A DNA stretch of 64,000 nucleotides from an uncultured Sphingobacteriales bacterium (GCA_963520985.1 CAUQTA010000004.1:76017-140016); one strand, 5' to 3'; numbered from the stretch's first letter, positions 9,280 through 19,913 are shown. Numbers and translations are program-made. Notes: generated from the sequence alone by a model not told the origin.

Positions 9280-9924
9280 ATGGCCTTGTATGATGAAATT
9301 TTTGAGAATAACCGCAAATGGCTTTCGGAGAAAAAAGCCAGTCAGACGGATTTTTTTGAACACCTTTCCAAAGGACAATCCCCCGAAATCCTCTACATCG
9401 GTTGCAGCGACAGCCGTGTGACCGCTGAAGAACTGACCGGAACGCAGCCCGGCCAGATGTTTGTGCACCGCAACATTGCCAACCTGGTTCCTAACAATGA
9501 CAATAGTTCACAATCGGTGGTTACCTATGCGGTAGAATACCTGAAGGTCAAGCACATTGTCGTGTGTGGGCATTACTACTGCGGTGGCGTGAAGGCAGCG
9601 ATGGAAAGCAAGGATCTGGGTGTGCTCAATGCCTGGCTGCGCAACATCCGGGATGTGTACCGGTTGCATAAAGAAGAACTTAACGCCATTGAAGACGCTG
9701 ACCAACGTTACAACCGATTAGTTGAAATCAATGTAGAAGAGCAATGCATCAATGTGCTGAAAATGGCTGTAGTCCAAAAATCGTATCTGAAAAACCAGTA
9801 CCCGCAGATTCACGGCTGGGTGTTTGATGTCTCCACCGGCCGGCTCATTGATCTGAACTTTAATTTGCCCAAGATGCTTGCTTCCATCCAGGAAATCTAT
9901 GATCTGACTCAGGAAATCCAGTAA
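9280..9924 (+). CDS. can: Beta-class carbonic anhydrase
   Basis: IGCSDSRV, FVHRNIAN and GHYYCGG zinc-binding motifs. Confidence 0.93.
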   Translation: MALYDEIFENNRKWLSEKKASQTDFFEHLSKGQSPEILYIGCSDSRVTAEELTGTQPGQMFVHRNIANLVPNNDNSSQSVVTYAVEYLKVKHIVVCGHYYCGGVKAAMESKDLGVLNAWLRNIRDVYRLHKEELNAIEDADQRYNRLVEINVEEQCINVLKMAVVQKSYLKNQYPQIHGWVFDVSTGRLIDLNFNLPKMLASIQEIYDLTQEIQ

Positions 9925-10094
9925 TTGCCATGACGGGTTTCGGTAGGCTGCACGACAGCGATATGAGTTTTTTAAATGCTATTTTTATTGGACATTCTAG
10001 CCTAAAAAGACTAGTAGGTTTCATGCCTTCTATATCAGACAGTACAGATAATGCCATTCTGAATGCTTGTTTTTTGTTGTTCTGGTCTTAAACG

Positions 10095-10130
10095 GCGAAA
10101 ACCTCTCTTTCAGGAGAGGTTTTCGCTTTT
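10095..10130. terminator. Terminator between convergent genes
   Basis: gcgaaaacctctc-tttcag-gagaggttttcgc 13-bp stem plus tttt; right arm is the start of the motif at 10118. Confidence 0.8.
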
Positions 10131-10158
10131 CAAAAGATACTATTTTGGAAGAACCCAG

Positions 10159-10740
10159 TCAGACAAAATAATCAAGGACCGAGAGAAATGCCAGCAGTTC
10201 TCCCAGCCGTAAACGCAAATGTTTCAGGGCCTTGGTAAGATGATACTCAACGGTTTTAACCGAAACCTGCATTTGTTCCGCTATTTCGGGTGCCGAAGAG
10301 CCCTGAAACCGGCTCAGTTGAAAGACCTGTTGTGTGGTTTCGGGCAGCTTTTTGATTTCCTCATGGAGCAGATTGTGCAAATCCGTGTAAGCTACCTGCT
10401 GTTCGGTAAAATTGCTGGGGTCACTTTTCTGGCTAACCACAAACCCTTCGTACTTGGCCCGCACCGACTGCCGGTCCAGGTAATCATAAATCTTGTTGCG
10501 GACGGCCTGAAACAAATAACCTTTTAAGGAAGTGTCGATTTGCAGCTTGTGTTTGTTTACCCACAAGCTCACAAAAACCTCTTGGACAATCTCCTGGGCT
10601 ACTTCCTTGGTACGGACATGGTTATACACGACCGAAAAAAGTTTGGGCCAGTATGCATTGTATATCTTTTCAAATCCTTTCTCATCCGCGCTTTGCAAGG
10701 CCTCTAGCCACTGCTTTTCTTCACTGAAAGGGTGCTCCAT
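10159..10740 (-). CDS. ECF-type RNA polymerase sigma-70 factor
   Basis: AQEIVQEVFVSLW region 2; EIAEQMQVSVKTVEYHLTKALKHLR region 4; divergent from fecR. Confidence 0.93.
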   Translation of the reverse strand: MEHPFSEEKQWLEALQSADEKGFEKIYNAYWPKLFSVVYNHVRTKEVAQEIVQEVFVSLWVNKHKLQIDTSLKGYLFQAVRNKIYDYLDRQSVRAKYEGFVVSQKSDPSNFTEQQVAYTDLHNLLHEEIKKLPETTQQVFQLSRFQGSSAPEIAEQMQVSVKTVEYHLTKALKHLRLRLGELLAFLSVLDYFV

Positions 10741-10888
10741 AAATGTTTGTTGATAGGGGAACGAACGGTGGTGTACCGTTTCAAATATAAAAATTTTTTT
10801 TGTCGTACCGAAAAAAGTGAAAAAATAACGAAATAGGTTTAGGGTAAAGTATAAGTTAACCTACATACATTTCAAATCAAGTGCATTA

Positions 10889-11842
10889 ATGAAACCTACA
10901 AGACTTACAGACCTAATTCGTAAGGTTCGATCTGGAACCGCAACTCCCGAAGAAAAAGAACGCTTAGAACAGTATTGGAACCATGCCACCGAAGATGAAA
11001 GCTTTTTGCAGTCACTTTCGTCGGCAGAGAAAGACCGGTTAGGAAACCACATGTATCAGGCCATTCGTCAGGAAATTGAAAATCAGGAAGTCAACTCATT
11101 TTCTAAACGCATCATTGCTCTCGGAAATTCCAAAATGTACTGGGCAGCCGCCAGTATTATTTTGTTGCTGGTAGTTGGAAGTGTGTTTTGGTGGGTGAAC
11201 CGGAACGCCATGCATACCGAACAAACGCTGTTTGGCGTACGCAAACAGGTAGTACTACCCGACCAGTCTGTTGTCATGCTAAACGGAAATTCTTCCATCC
11301 GCTATGCAGCAAGCTGGCAGCCCGACCAGCCGAGGGAAGTATGGGTAGAAGGGGAGGCCTATTTTGCGGTGACTCACACCAAAAATCACCAGAAATTCAT
11401 TGTTCACACACCCGACCAATTGCAGATAGAGGTGCTGGGAACCAAGTTCAATGTCAACAACCGCCGGGGCGTAACGCGTGTCGTGCTTCAGGAAGGAAAG
11501 GTGAAAGTTTCAGGCAAAGCCGAAACCTACATCATGACGCCCGGTGAGATGGTGAGTTATTCGGAAAAAAAGCTGGCTTTGCAGCCGCAGAAAGTGAATC
11601 CGAAACTGGCTACTTCCTGGAAAGACCATTTGTTGCTGTTTCAGGATGAATCGCTTGAGTCCATTGCCAACAAGCTGCAGGATAGTTATGGCATCCGGAT
11701 CGAGTTTGCCAATGATTCGCTGAAAGGTGAGGTTTTCTCGGGTTCCGTACCGGCCGATTCCATCGAAATCCTGTTTGATAAATTTGAAAAACTATACCAA
11801 ATACAAGTAGATAAGCAAAACAACCGCTATGTGATTCAATAA
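10889..11842 (+). CDS. FecR family anti-sigma factor
   Basis: Single TM segment; LPDQSVVMLN, REVWVEGEAYFAV and EVLGTKFNV FecR motifs. Confidence 0.92.
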   Translation: MKPTRLTDLIRKVRSGTATPEEKERLEQYWNHATEDESFLQSLSSAEKDRLGNHMYQAIRQEIENQEVNSFSKRIIALGNSKMYWAAASIILLLVVGSVFWWVNRNAMHTEQTLFGVRKQVVLPDQSVVMLNGNSSIRYAASWQPDQPREVWVEGEAYFAVTHTKNHQKFIVHTPDQLQIEVLGTKFNVNNRRGVTRVVLQEGKVKVSGKAETYIMTPGEMVSYSEKKLALQPQKVNPKLATSWKDHLLLFQDESLESIANKLQDSYGIRIEFANDSLKGEVFSGSVPADSIEILFDKFEKLYQIQVDKQNNRYVIQ

Positions 11843-11940
11843 AAGCTGCCTGCAACTACATGGATTAGTACCAGTAATACATGCAGGCAGGCAGCAGAAA
11901 TCAATTCATTCATCAATTCCACATCCAAATTATTACTTTC

Positions 11941-14900
11941 ATGAGGAAAAACCTACTCCGGCTCCAAACATTTCTGTATGGGTCGCTACTCTGTGGAACT
12001 ATTTTTCCAGCTCAAGGGCAAGGCCAAACACTTGCATTTGCGCCAGTAAAAGGACTGCAGTCTATTAAAACAAGCCAGTCGCAGGATCTGGTAGAAGTAT
12101 TAAAAGAGCTATCAAAAGATTATGGGGTCATTTTTGATTACAATCCCAAGGTTCTGAAAGGCAAGTCTGTTTTTGTGGAACAAAAAGATTGGCAAACCAA
12201 AAACTTAGATCAAATTCTGAGTGAGCTTTTAAGCCCACACAAACTCACCTTTGAGAAGAACAACAATCACTCGTATATAATTTATTCGAAGAAAGACAAA
12301 GTTAAGGCAGAAGCGTTCAATACAGAAACCCAACAATTGCCTTTAACGCCTACCGAGCTTGCCCTGATGAATAGCACGTCTATGGCAAGCACCGGCAACA
12401 CGGTAAGCACTATGAAAGCTGATTTTCAGGTGACTGGCGTGATTTCGGATGATAAGGGTGAGCCACTTCCAGGAGTAACGGTGTCCTTAAAAGGAACCAC
12501 ACTGGGTACTACTTCCAATGCAGACGGAAAATATTCACTTTCTTTGCCCGATGGCAACGGAACACTGGTGTTCTCTTTTATCGGCTATCTGTCTGAAGAA
12601 GCAGCGGTAAATAACCGAGCCTCCATCAATGTTACGCTTCTACCCGACATTCAGTCGCTGAGCGAAGTAGTGGTGACGGCAATGGGTATCAAGAAGGAAG
12701 AAAAAGCCCTGGGTTATGCAGTGAGCACCATCAGTGCCGATCAACTTACAAAATCAGGTAATACCAATTTTGCGTCTGCCCTGTATGGAAAAGCTGCTGG
12801 TGTGAAAATCACTACGGCTCCCGGTGGTTCAGGTAGTGCCGTTAACATTCAGGTTCGTGGTGTCAATTCTTTGTATAACAACAAACAGCCTATCTATGTG
12901 GTAGACGGGGTAATTATCCGTAACGATGAACAAAATGGGGTAACAGGTGCCAACAATAACAGTTACTGGGACGATCAGCGGATTCGGGGTAACGGTATTC
13001 TGGATATCAACCCTGCCGATATCGAAAGCATGACTGTACTGAAGGGAGCCAGTGCTTCTTCTTTATATGGTTCTGATGCAGCTAGTGGAGTAATTGTGAT
13101 TACCACTAAGAGAGGTACCAAAGGCAAAGGTTTGGGTGTGGATGTGAATTATACATTGACATCGGAACAAGCGGCTTTCCTGCCTAAATTCCAGAATGTT
13201 TATGGCCCAGGCTATGACCGTGCCACTAACCTGGCCAATGGTGCTACCGCAGAAGGTTGGCTTAAAGATGGTGATCCTAATGTAAATGGAGGCTTACGAC
13301 CATGGTTCAGAGCCTACGGACAATTTGGTCCTAAGATGGAAGGCCAGCAAGTAACCTGGTGGGATGGCTCAACACGTTCTTACTCAGCTCGACCTGACAA
13401 CTACAAAAATGTATTCGACAAAGGATATAGCTCCAACTTCAACGTAGGACTTTCTAACAGTACCGAAAAAGCAAGCTATAGGTTGTCTTATACGCGTTTG
13501 GATTATAAAGGCACCAGTCCTGGCAGTGAGCAGCAGAAAAACACTTTCAACCTGAACAGTAGTTTAAAGCTAAGTAATAAGGTCTCGGCAGACATTGTAA
13601 TTAACTACATCAATACGCTTACTCACAACCGGGCGTATCAGTTAGGCCAGGTGCTGGGATCGTTTGAAGGATTCTTCAGTCGTGCAGAAGACATAAGTCT
13701 GATGCGTGATAAATTCCAGACGGCTCAAGGCTATAAATATTCTCGTTATAACAGTAATCGTCCCGATGCGCTTAAGTATAACATCCGAGCTAACAATTTA
13801 ATGGATTTCTTCTGGAATCAGTTGCGAAACAGTTACGATGAAACCGAGAATCGCTTATTGTCTAGTGCTACATTGAACTGGGATATTGTGGATCATTTGA
13901 AATTCAGAGGTCGCGTAGGAAATGATTACACCGGATTAGGCATTGAAGATAAACGTTATAACGAAAATGCCTTGGCTTATAACACTTCTTCCAGCAGCAC
14001 GGGTGGATATGAAACTACAAAAGGGATCTACTCCATCTTATACGGTGACGCCTTACTAACCTATTCAAACAAAGTAGGCGAAGATTTTGACTTTTCAGTT
14101 ACAGGCGGTTTGCAGTCACGTTCTGAGCATTACAAAGATCAGAAATCAGGCACTAGTGGTGGCTTGGTTACTGAAAACTGGTTTACTTTAAATAACTCTT
14201 ACGGTATACTTTCGACTACAGCTGTTCGTAAAGAAAAACTGAAGTATGCCTACATGGGTATTGCAAATCTTAGTTACAAAAACTTCCTGTTTGCGGAATT
14301 AACGGCTCGTCAGGAATACACCTCTACTTTACCAGTTGGCAACAATCGTTATTTCTACTGGTCGGCTAATGGTAGCTTTGTATTTACTGATGCGTTCCAA
14401 CTGCCAACAGCTTTGAGTTATGGCAAATTGCGGGCTTCCTATGGAGTTGTTGGTAATGATGCGCCTATTTACACATCTAACATTACGTATCTGCAAAATT
14501 CTTTGCAAACTGTTAATGGATCTGTTCCTAAGCAAGTCACGAGTGAAGGATTTGGGAATGAGTTGCTGCAACCAGAGAAGAAATATGAAACAGAAATTGG
14601 TTTAGAGGCACGATTCCTAAACAATAAGTTTGGTATTGATGTAACCTATTATACTAACGTAATTAAGAAGCAAATTTTAGGCTTAGCCGCGGCTCCTTCC
14701 AACGGAGCAACTTCACAGGTTGTCAATGTGGGCGACGTAGGTAGCAAAGGTGTGGAAGTTGCCTTAAATGTAACCCCAATCTCTGGTCCACTACGTTGGG
14801 ATGTGCGTTTGAATTATGCCTTTAACCGAACAAAGTTAATTTCGCTTAATGGATCCATCGAACAATTGCTTTTCTACGATGCCGAACAAAGTGCAGTACA

Positions 14901-15627
14901 ATTAAAAGCAGCTGTAGGTGAAACACTGGGTAACATCTATGTTTATCCACGTGCGACCAACAGCAACGGACAATTCCTAATTGACGACAATGGCTATTAT
15001 GTAATTGACAAAACTCGCTACGTAAAGGCTGGCAACATTATGCCTAAAGCTATCGGTGGTTTGGCAAACACGTTCTCCTTCAAAGATTTTAGTCTGGATT
15101 TTATGATCGATTACCGTTTTGGTGGTCAGATGATCTCCACTCCGACCAAATACATGATGGGAGCCGGTATGTATGAAAATACACTACAATACAGAGATGC
15201 CGCACACGGTGGAGTTACCTATACAGTAGATGGTGCTACCTACAATGACGGTGTATTACTGGAAGGCGTAAACCAGAATAGCGGTGAGCCTAACTCAAAG
15301 ATCATCAGTGCTGCTGATTATTACCTGACTACCTATGGTTGGGGAAACAATGCCTGGAACGAAAAAGGATCTGTTTTCAATAACAGCTATGTTAAAATGC
15401 GCGAAATCACATTGAGCTACCGCATTCCTTCTGCCTTGTCCAACAAAATCCGTATGAACAATCTGCGTGTGTCACTGGTAGGTCGTAACCTGTTCTACGT
15501 GTGGAGAACGCTGGAAAACGTAGATCCGGAAGCACCACTGGGCAACAAATGGTGGTCTCAGGGAGTAGATGTGGGTTCCACTGCGGCTACTCGTAGCTTT
15601 GGTTTCTCTATAAATGCTTCTTTCTAA
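11941..15627 (+). CDS. SusC/RagA family TonB-dependent outer membrane transducer
   Basis: N-terminal STN-like extension, CarboxypepD_reg-like domain, DINPADIESMTVLKGASASSLYGS plug motif, C-terminal F; ATG at 11941 preferred. Confidence 0.95.
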   Translation: MRKNLLRLQTFLYGSLLCGTIFPAQGQGQTLAFAPVKGLQSIKTSQSQDLVEVLKELSKDYGVIFDYNPKVLKGKSVFVEQKDWQTKNLDQILSELLSPHKLTFEKNNNHSYIIYSKKDKVKAEAFNTETQQLPLTPTELALMNSTSMASTGNTVSTMKADFQVTGVISDDKGEPLPGVTVSLKGTTLGTTSNADGKYSLSLPDGNGTLVFSFIGYLSEEAAVNNRASINVTLLPDIQSLSEVVVTAMGIKKEEKALGYAVSTISADQLTKSGNTNFASALYGKAAGVKITTAPGGSGSAVNIQVRGVNSLYNNKQPIYVVDGVIIRNDEQNGVTGANNNSYWDDQRIRGNGILDINPADIESMTVLKGASASSLYGSDAASGVIVITTKRGTKGKGLGVDVNYTLTSEQAAFLPKFQNVYGPGYDRATNLANGATAEGWLKDGDPNVNGGLRPWFRAYGQFGPKMEGQQVTWWDGSTRSYSARPDNYKNVFDKGYSSNFNVGLSNSTEKASYRLSYTRLDYKGTSPGSEQQKNTFNLNSSLKLSNKVSADIVINYINTLTHNRAYQLGQVLGSFEGFFSRAEDISLMRDKFQTAQGYKYSRYNSNRPDALKYNIRANNLMDFFWNQLRNSYDETENRLLSSATLNWDIVDHLKFRGRVGNDYTGLGIEDKRYNENALAYNTSSSSTGGYETTKGIYSILYGDALLTYSNKVGEDFDFSVTGGLQSRSEHYKDQKSGTSGGLVTENWFTLNNSYGILSTTAVRKEKLKYAYMGIANLSYKNFLFAELTARQEYTSTLPVGNNRYFYWSANGSFVFTDAFQLPTALSYGKLRASYGVVGNDAPIYTSNITYLQNSLQTVNGSVPKQVTSEGFGNELLQPEKKYETEIGLEARFLNNKFGIDVTYYTNVIKKQILGLAAAPSNGATSQVVNVGDVGSKGVEVALNVTPISGPLRWDVRLNYAFNRTKLISLNGSIEQLLFYDAEQSAVQLKAAVGETLGNIYVYPRATNSNGQFLIDDNGYYVIDKTRYVKAGNIMPKAIGGLANTFSFKDFSLDFMIDYRFGGQMISTPTKYMMGAGMYENTLQYRDAAHGGVTYTVDGATYNDGVLLEGVNQNSGEPNSKIISAADYYLTTYGWGNNAWNEKGSVFNNSYVKMREITLSYRIPSALSNKIRMNNLRVSLVGRNLFYVWRTLENVDPEAPLGNKWWSQGVDVGSTAATRSFGFSINASF

Positions 15628-15650
15628 TCTGACTTATTCAAAATAAAGAT

Positions 15651-17249
15651 ATGATGAAACGATTTTTGATTACATCAAGTCTCTTGTGTTCATTGGTGCT
15701 GCCATTCAGCAGCTGCGAGGACAAACTGCAGGAGAAGTATTATAATCCGGAACAATCGACAACTGCTACTTTGTCGGGTTTGTTTACGGGCATTCTGGAC
15801 AATGACCGGGTGCGTCCTTCGTATTGGAACGTACGTACGTTTTTGTTGCAACAACCCGCTGTGTATAGCCAGACTGCCTACTTTGCCAATGCCAACTCCA
15901 TGTATCAGCAAAACGACGGATACACTGGACAGTACTGGAGTAACTTTTATGTACCCAATGGGAATGGGAGTGGCGTATTGGGTCTGTATCGTTCCATGGA
16001 AGTGGCGTATGCCAAACTGAGTGATGCCGAAAAGGCAAAGCAGGAACTGTTTATGCAGGCCGCCCGGATTGTGCTTTATGATCAGGGTTCAAAAATGGTA
16101 GACCTTTGGGGCGATATTCCGTTTAGCGAAGCGGGAAGCTTGCAATCGACCAACACCATTTCCAATCCTAAATTTGACGATCAGCAGGAGTTATACAACA
16201 CCTTCCTGACCGGATTGAAAGAGGCAGCCGCCTATTTTGCGGCTGCCAGCAGCGATGCCAGTTTCTCCAAAGCCGATATCATGCTGAAAGGTGATATCAG
16301 CAAATGGGAAAAATACGCCAACTCGATCCGGTTGCGGTTGCTAATGCGTATTTCCACTGCAAACGAAGCTACTGCGAAAGCAGCCGTGATGGAAATGCTG
16401 AACAATAGTGCTGACTATCCGTTGGGTGACGGTGGAAACCTGGCAAACTATAATCCGGCAAACGCAGATATTCTTTTGCCAAAGCTGACTACCTATACCG
16501 GCAACTTGAACTCTGCCTTAACCGAATTGCCGAGTCATTTTGCGCCTGATTACATGCTCAATACACTGATGTTGCCAGCCAATGATCCGCGCATTCCGGT
16601 GATGTTTGATAAGTTTGGCCGTACTACCAATAACGTTTTTGTTCCTAACAAAACGTACAAAGCCATGCCGATCACCTTTACCTCAGCTCAGCAAGACAAT
16701 CTGAATCAGGATTATTCCATTGTGGACTCGACTACTTTTCTGCAAAATCCTGACCTGCCAGGTATTGTCATTACGGCTTCAGAAGTGAATTTCCTGAAAG
16801 CAGAAGCGCAGCAACGTTGGGGTGCCGCCAGTGAAGCGAAAACCGCTTATGAAACAGCCCTGAAACAATCGGTTACGTTCTATTATTACCTGAACAACCT
16901 GAACACAACCGGCCTGAAAAAAGAAACCAAACCTGCCGACAGTGTTATTGAAAGCTTTGTAACCGAATCGGCAAGTGCCTATACAGGTAGCGACGCTGAA
17001 AAGCTAGCCGCAATCTGGAACCAGAAATGGTTGCACTTTGGCTTTTTGCAGTCTGTTCAGGCATGGTCTGAGTACCGCAGAACGGGCTATCCGCAGTTGA
17101 CCTTCCCGAACGCAACCATGTCGGGCAACGAAGTGCCTCCGACACGCCTTCTGTATCCGGCTGTGGAAAAGTCAAACAATGCCGCCAAATATTCGGCTGT
17201 GCAGGCCAAAGATACCCGAACTACTAAATTGTTCTGGGACGCCAACTAA
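15651..17249 (+). CDS. SusD/RagB family outer membrane lipoprotein
   Basis: Lipobox FSSC; DLWGDIPFSEA, SEVNFLKAEA and AWSEYRRTGYP motifs; directly follows susC. Confidence 0.93.
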   Translation: MMKRFLITSSLLCSLVLPFSSCEDKLQEKYYNPEQSTTATLSGLFTGILDNDRVRPSYWNVRTFLLQQPAVYSQTAYFANANSMYQQNDGYTGQYWSNFYVPNGNGSGVLGLYRSMEVAYAKLSDAEKAKQELFMQAARIVLYDQGSKMVDLWGDIPFSEAGSLQSTNTISNPKFDDQQELYNTFLTGLKEAAAYFAAASSDASFSKADIMLKGDISKWEKYANSIRLRLLMRISTANEATAKAAVMEMLNNSADYPLGDGGNLANYNPANADILLPKLTTYTGNLNSALTELPSHFAPDYMLNTLMLPANDPRIPVMFDKFGRTTNNVFVPNKTYKAMPITFTSAQQDNLNQDYSIVDSTTFLQNPDLPGIVITASEVNFLKAEAQQRWGAASEAKTAYETALKQSVTFYYYLNNLNTTGLKKETKPADSVIESFVTESASAYTGSDAEKLAAIWNQKWLHFGFLQSVQAWSEYRRTGYPQLTFPNATMSGNEVPPTRLLYPAVEKSNNAAKYSAVQAKDTRTTKLFWDAN

Positions 17250-17283
17250 TGGGTTGGAAGAGAATACTAATTTAGGGGAATCG

Positions 17284-17317
17284 AAGAACCCTTACTGCTA
17301 CAGTAAGGGTTCTTTTA
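17284..17317 (+). terminator. Terminator or attenuator after susD
   Basis: aagaacccttactg-cta-cagtaagggttctt 14-bp stem with a T tail. Confidence 0.75.
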
Positions 17318-17394
17318 CTCTATGGCTAGCCCAATGCCGGTTTTGCCTTTCTGAAAGATACTATTTTCTTAACGCCTTGATTTAATTCGATTTT

Positions 17395-19851
17395 ATGAAG
17401 TACCGATTTTTATACTGTGTCTGCTTGTTGCTTCTCGTTTCGGCAGTGAGTTATAGCCAGCAGGTATATTGGTTTACCGAAGGGCTTGCTGCCGGTCCTT
17501 GCCATCATTACGGACGAGAGGCGCTTTACACAGACGAGTTTGCCTACCAGCTTTATACACAAACCCTGAAAACGCCACAAGCCGGGCAAGTACTAACCAC
17601 CGACAAAGATGGGAAAAACGTTGCCTGGCAATCACTGAAAGCAGATAATGAACACAAGTTCAAATCGGAACTGCCGGCAGAAGGGTACCTGTACCTGACC
17701 TACACTTCCGACAAACTGCAAACGGCACTGCTGAACGTAACCGGCCACAGCATGGTGTTTGTAAACGGCGAACCGCGTGCCGGAGATGCGTATGCTTCGG
17801 GCTGGATGAACCTGCCGGTAGCTTTAAAGAAAGGAGTCAACGAAATTTACATTCGCACAGGGACATTTTCCCGCTGGCAAGGCATTTCGGCGCGTCTGGT
17901 TTTTCCGGAAAAAACCATTGCCCTTCAAACGGAAGATGCCACGTTGCCGCACATTGTTCCCGGGCAGGATAACTCGAAACTATGGGCCGCGGTAGTAATT
18001 GCCAACACGACCAACCGGGTGCTGACTCATCTGCAAATCCGCAGCGAATTGCAAGGGCAGGTGATTACCACAAGTCTGCCGGGCATTCAAGCCCTCGCCA
18101 GCCGGAAGGTAGGTTTTCAGATCAATGCAACCAGCGCTACCCAAAAAGGCGATCATCCGGTGAAAATAGTATTGCTGGAAAACGGCAAACCCCTTGATAC
18201 GCAAGAAATTACCTTGACTGCTCCGGCGGCTGGCGAACAATACATCCAAACCTTCGTGAGCAACATAGACGGCAGCGTTCAGTATTACGCAGTTGCGCCT
18301 CAGAGCCAACCGGATGGCAAAGCTCCGGCCTTGTTTTTCTCGGTTCACGGAGCAGGTGTAGAAGCCATTGGGCAGGCCCGGGCTTACCAACCCAAAAGCT
18401 GGGGCGTACTGGTTGCTCCCACCAATCGCCGGCCACGCGGATTTAACTGGGAAGACTGGGGCCGTCTGGATGCCCTGGAAGTGTTAGACTTGGCCAAAGA
18501 GAAATTCAAACCCGATCCGGAACACATTTACTTGACCGGTCATTCCATGGGAGGGCACGGAACCTGGTACCTGGGAGCTACTTTTCCCGGCAACTGGGCT
18601 GCCATTGCGCCGTGTGCGGGCTATCCGGTATTGTCGGCCTATGGGTCGCACGACGGCAAGATTCCGGAAACAGGTACTACTCCAATGGAAAAACTGCTTT
18701 TGCGCGTGAGCAATCCCAGCAATGTCATTTCGCTGGCCTCCAATTACAAAGCATTGGGTATTTACATATTGCACGGTGATGCCGACCCAGTGGTTTCGGT
18801 CGAGTATGCCCGCAAGATGCGGAAAGTCTTGGGTGGATTCCATGCTGATTTTAGCTATTACGAATACCCCGGCGGCTCGCATTGGTATGGCAACGAAAGT
18901 GTGGACTGGAAACCCATTTTCGACTTCTTTCAGTGGCACAAGATTCCCGTGGATAGCGCGGCCCATGTCATCGATTTTACAACGGCCAACCCTGCCATTT
19001 CGGCTACCATGCATTGGGTGACGGTGGAGCAACAGGAGAAAGCCCTGGACTACAGCCGAGTTCAGTTGCAACGCAACAAAACGTCTCGCCGAATCAGCGG
19101 CAGTACCCAAAACATAACCCGCATGACCCTGAACCTGAGCAGCTTTGCGGTAAATGATACGGTAACCATTCAACTGGATAGTACCTCTATCCTGCGGCAT
19201 AGGGTAAAACAACCCGACGAGAAAATCCATCTGGTCAAGAATACAAACTGGACCGTGACTGAACCGCTGGTTGCCACACAGAAAGGTCCGCTACGGAACG
19301 GCACCTTCAAGGAGCCGTTCAACAACCGGATGGTATTTGTCTATGCCACCGGCGGTACGCCTCAGGAAAATGCCTGGGCTTACAATAAAGCCCGTTTTGA
19401 TGCTGAATCGTGGTATTACCGGGGCAACGGTGCGGTAGATGTGCTTGCCGACAAAGAGTTTGATGCAAAGAAATACAAAGATCGGGGGATAGTGCTGTAT
19501 GGCAATTCAACCACGCACAAAGCCTGGAAAACCCTGTTGGCAGGTTGCCCCATTCAGGTGAGCAAAGGGCGCATCAAAGCGGGTACCGAAGTGTATGAAG
19601 GCAATAATCTGGCGGCGTATTTTATGTGGCCCCGCGCCGATAGCAAAATAGCCTCAGTAGCCGTAATTACCGGAACTGGGCTGGAGGGCATGCGTGCCAC
19701 CGAAGCCAATCAGTATTTCAGTGGAGGCAGCGGCTTCCCTGATTTTATGATTTTCTCTACTCAAATGCTTAAAGACGGTGTTAAGGGTGTGAAAATGGCT
19801 GGCTTCTATGGCAACGACTGGCAATTGAAAACGGGAGAAATTATTAAATAA
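17395..19851 (+). CDS. Secreted multi-domain alpha/beta hydrolase (esterase or S9-like peptidase)
   Basis: Signal peptide; VHGAG, GHSMGG nucleophile elbow, HGDADPVV and GSHW catalytic-triad motifs. Confidence 0.8.
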   Translation: MKYRFLYCVCLLLLVSAVSYSQQVYWFTEGLAAGPCHHYGREALYTDEFAYQLYTQTLKTPQAGQVLTTDKDGKNVAWQSLKADNEHKFKSELPAEGYLYLTYTSDKLQTALLNVTGHSMVFVNGEPRAGDAYASGWMNLPVALKKGVNEIYIRTGTFSRWQGISARLVFPEKTIALQTEDATLPHIVPGQDNSKLWAAVVIANTTNRVLTHLQIRSELQGQVITTSLPGIQALASRKVGFQINATSATQKGDHPVKIVLLENGKPLDTQEITLTAPAAGEQYIQTFVSNIDGSVQYYAVAPQSQPDGKAPALFFSVHGAGVEAIGQARAYQPKSWGVLVAPTNRRPRGFNWEDWGRLDALEVLDLAKEKFKPDPEHIYLTGHSMGGHGTWYLGATFPGNWAAIAPCAGYPVLSAYGSHDGKIPETGTTPMEKLLLRVSNPSNVISLASNYKALGIYILHGDADPVVSVEYARKMRKVLGGFHADFSYYEYPGGSHWYGNESVDWKPIFDFFQWHKIPVDSAAHVIDFTTANPAISATMHWVTVEQQEKALDYSRVQLQRNKTSRRISGSTQNITRMTLNLSSFAVNDTVTIQLDSTSILRHRVKQPDEKIHLVKNTNWTVTEPLVATQKGPLRNGTFKEPFNNRMVFVYATGGTPQENAWAYNKARFDAESWYYRGNGAVDVLADKEFDAKKYKDRGIVLYGNSTTHKAWKTLLAGCPIQVSKGRIKAGTEVYEGNNLAAYFMWPRADSKIASVAVITGTGLEGMRATEANQYFSGGSGFPDFMIFSTQMLKDGVKGVKMAGFYGNDWQLKTGEIIK

Positions 19852-19871
19852 TAAGTATTCCTGCTTTTTGC

Positions 19872-19913
19872 CAACCGCTGGTTCTTTTGGGTATTCCAAA
19901 GAGCCAGCGGTTG
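19872..19913 (+). terminator. Hairpin after the hydrolase gene
   Basis: caaccgctggttcttt...aaagagccagcggttg inverted repeat followed by ttgttt. Confidence 0.6.
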
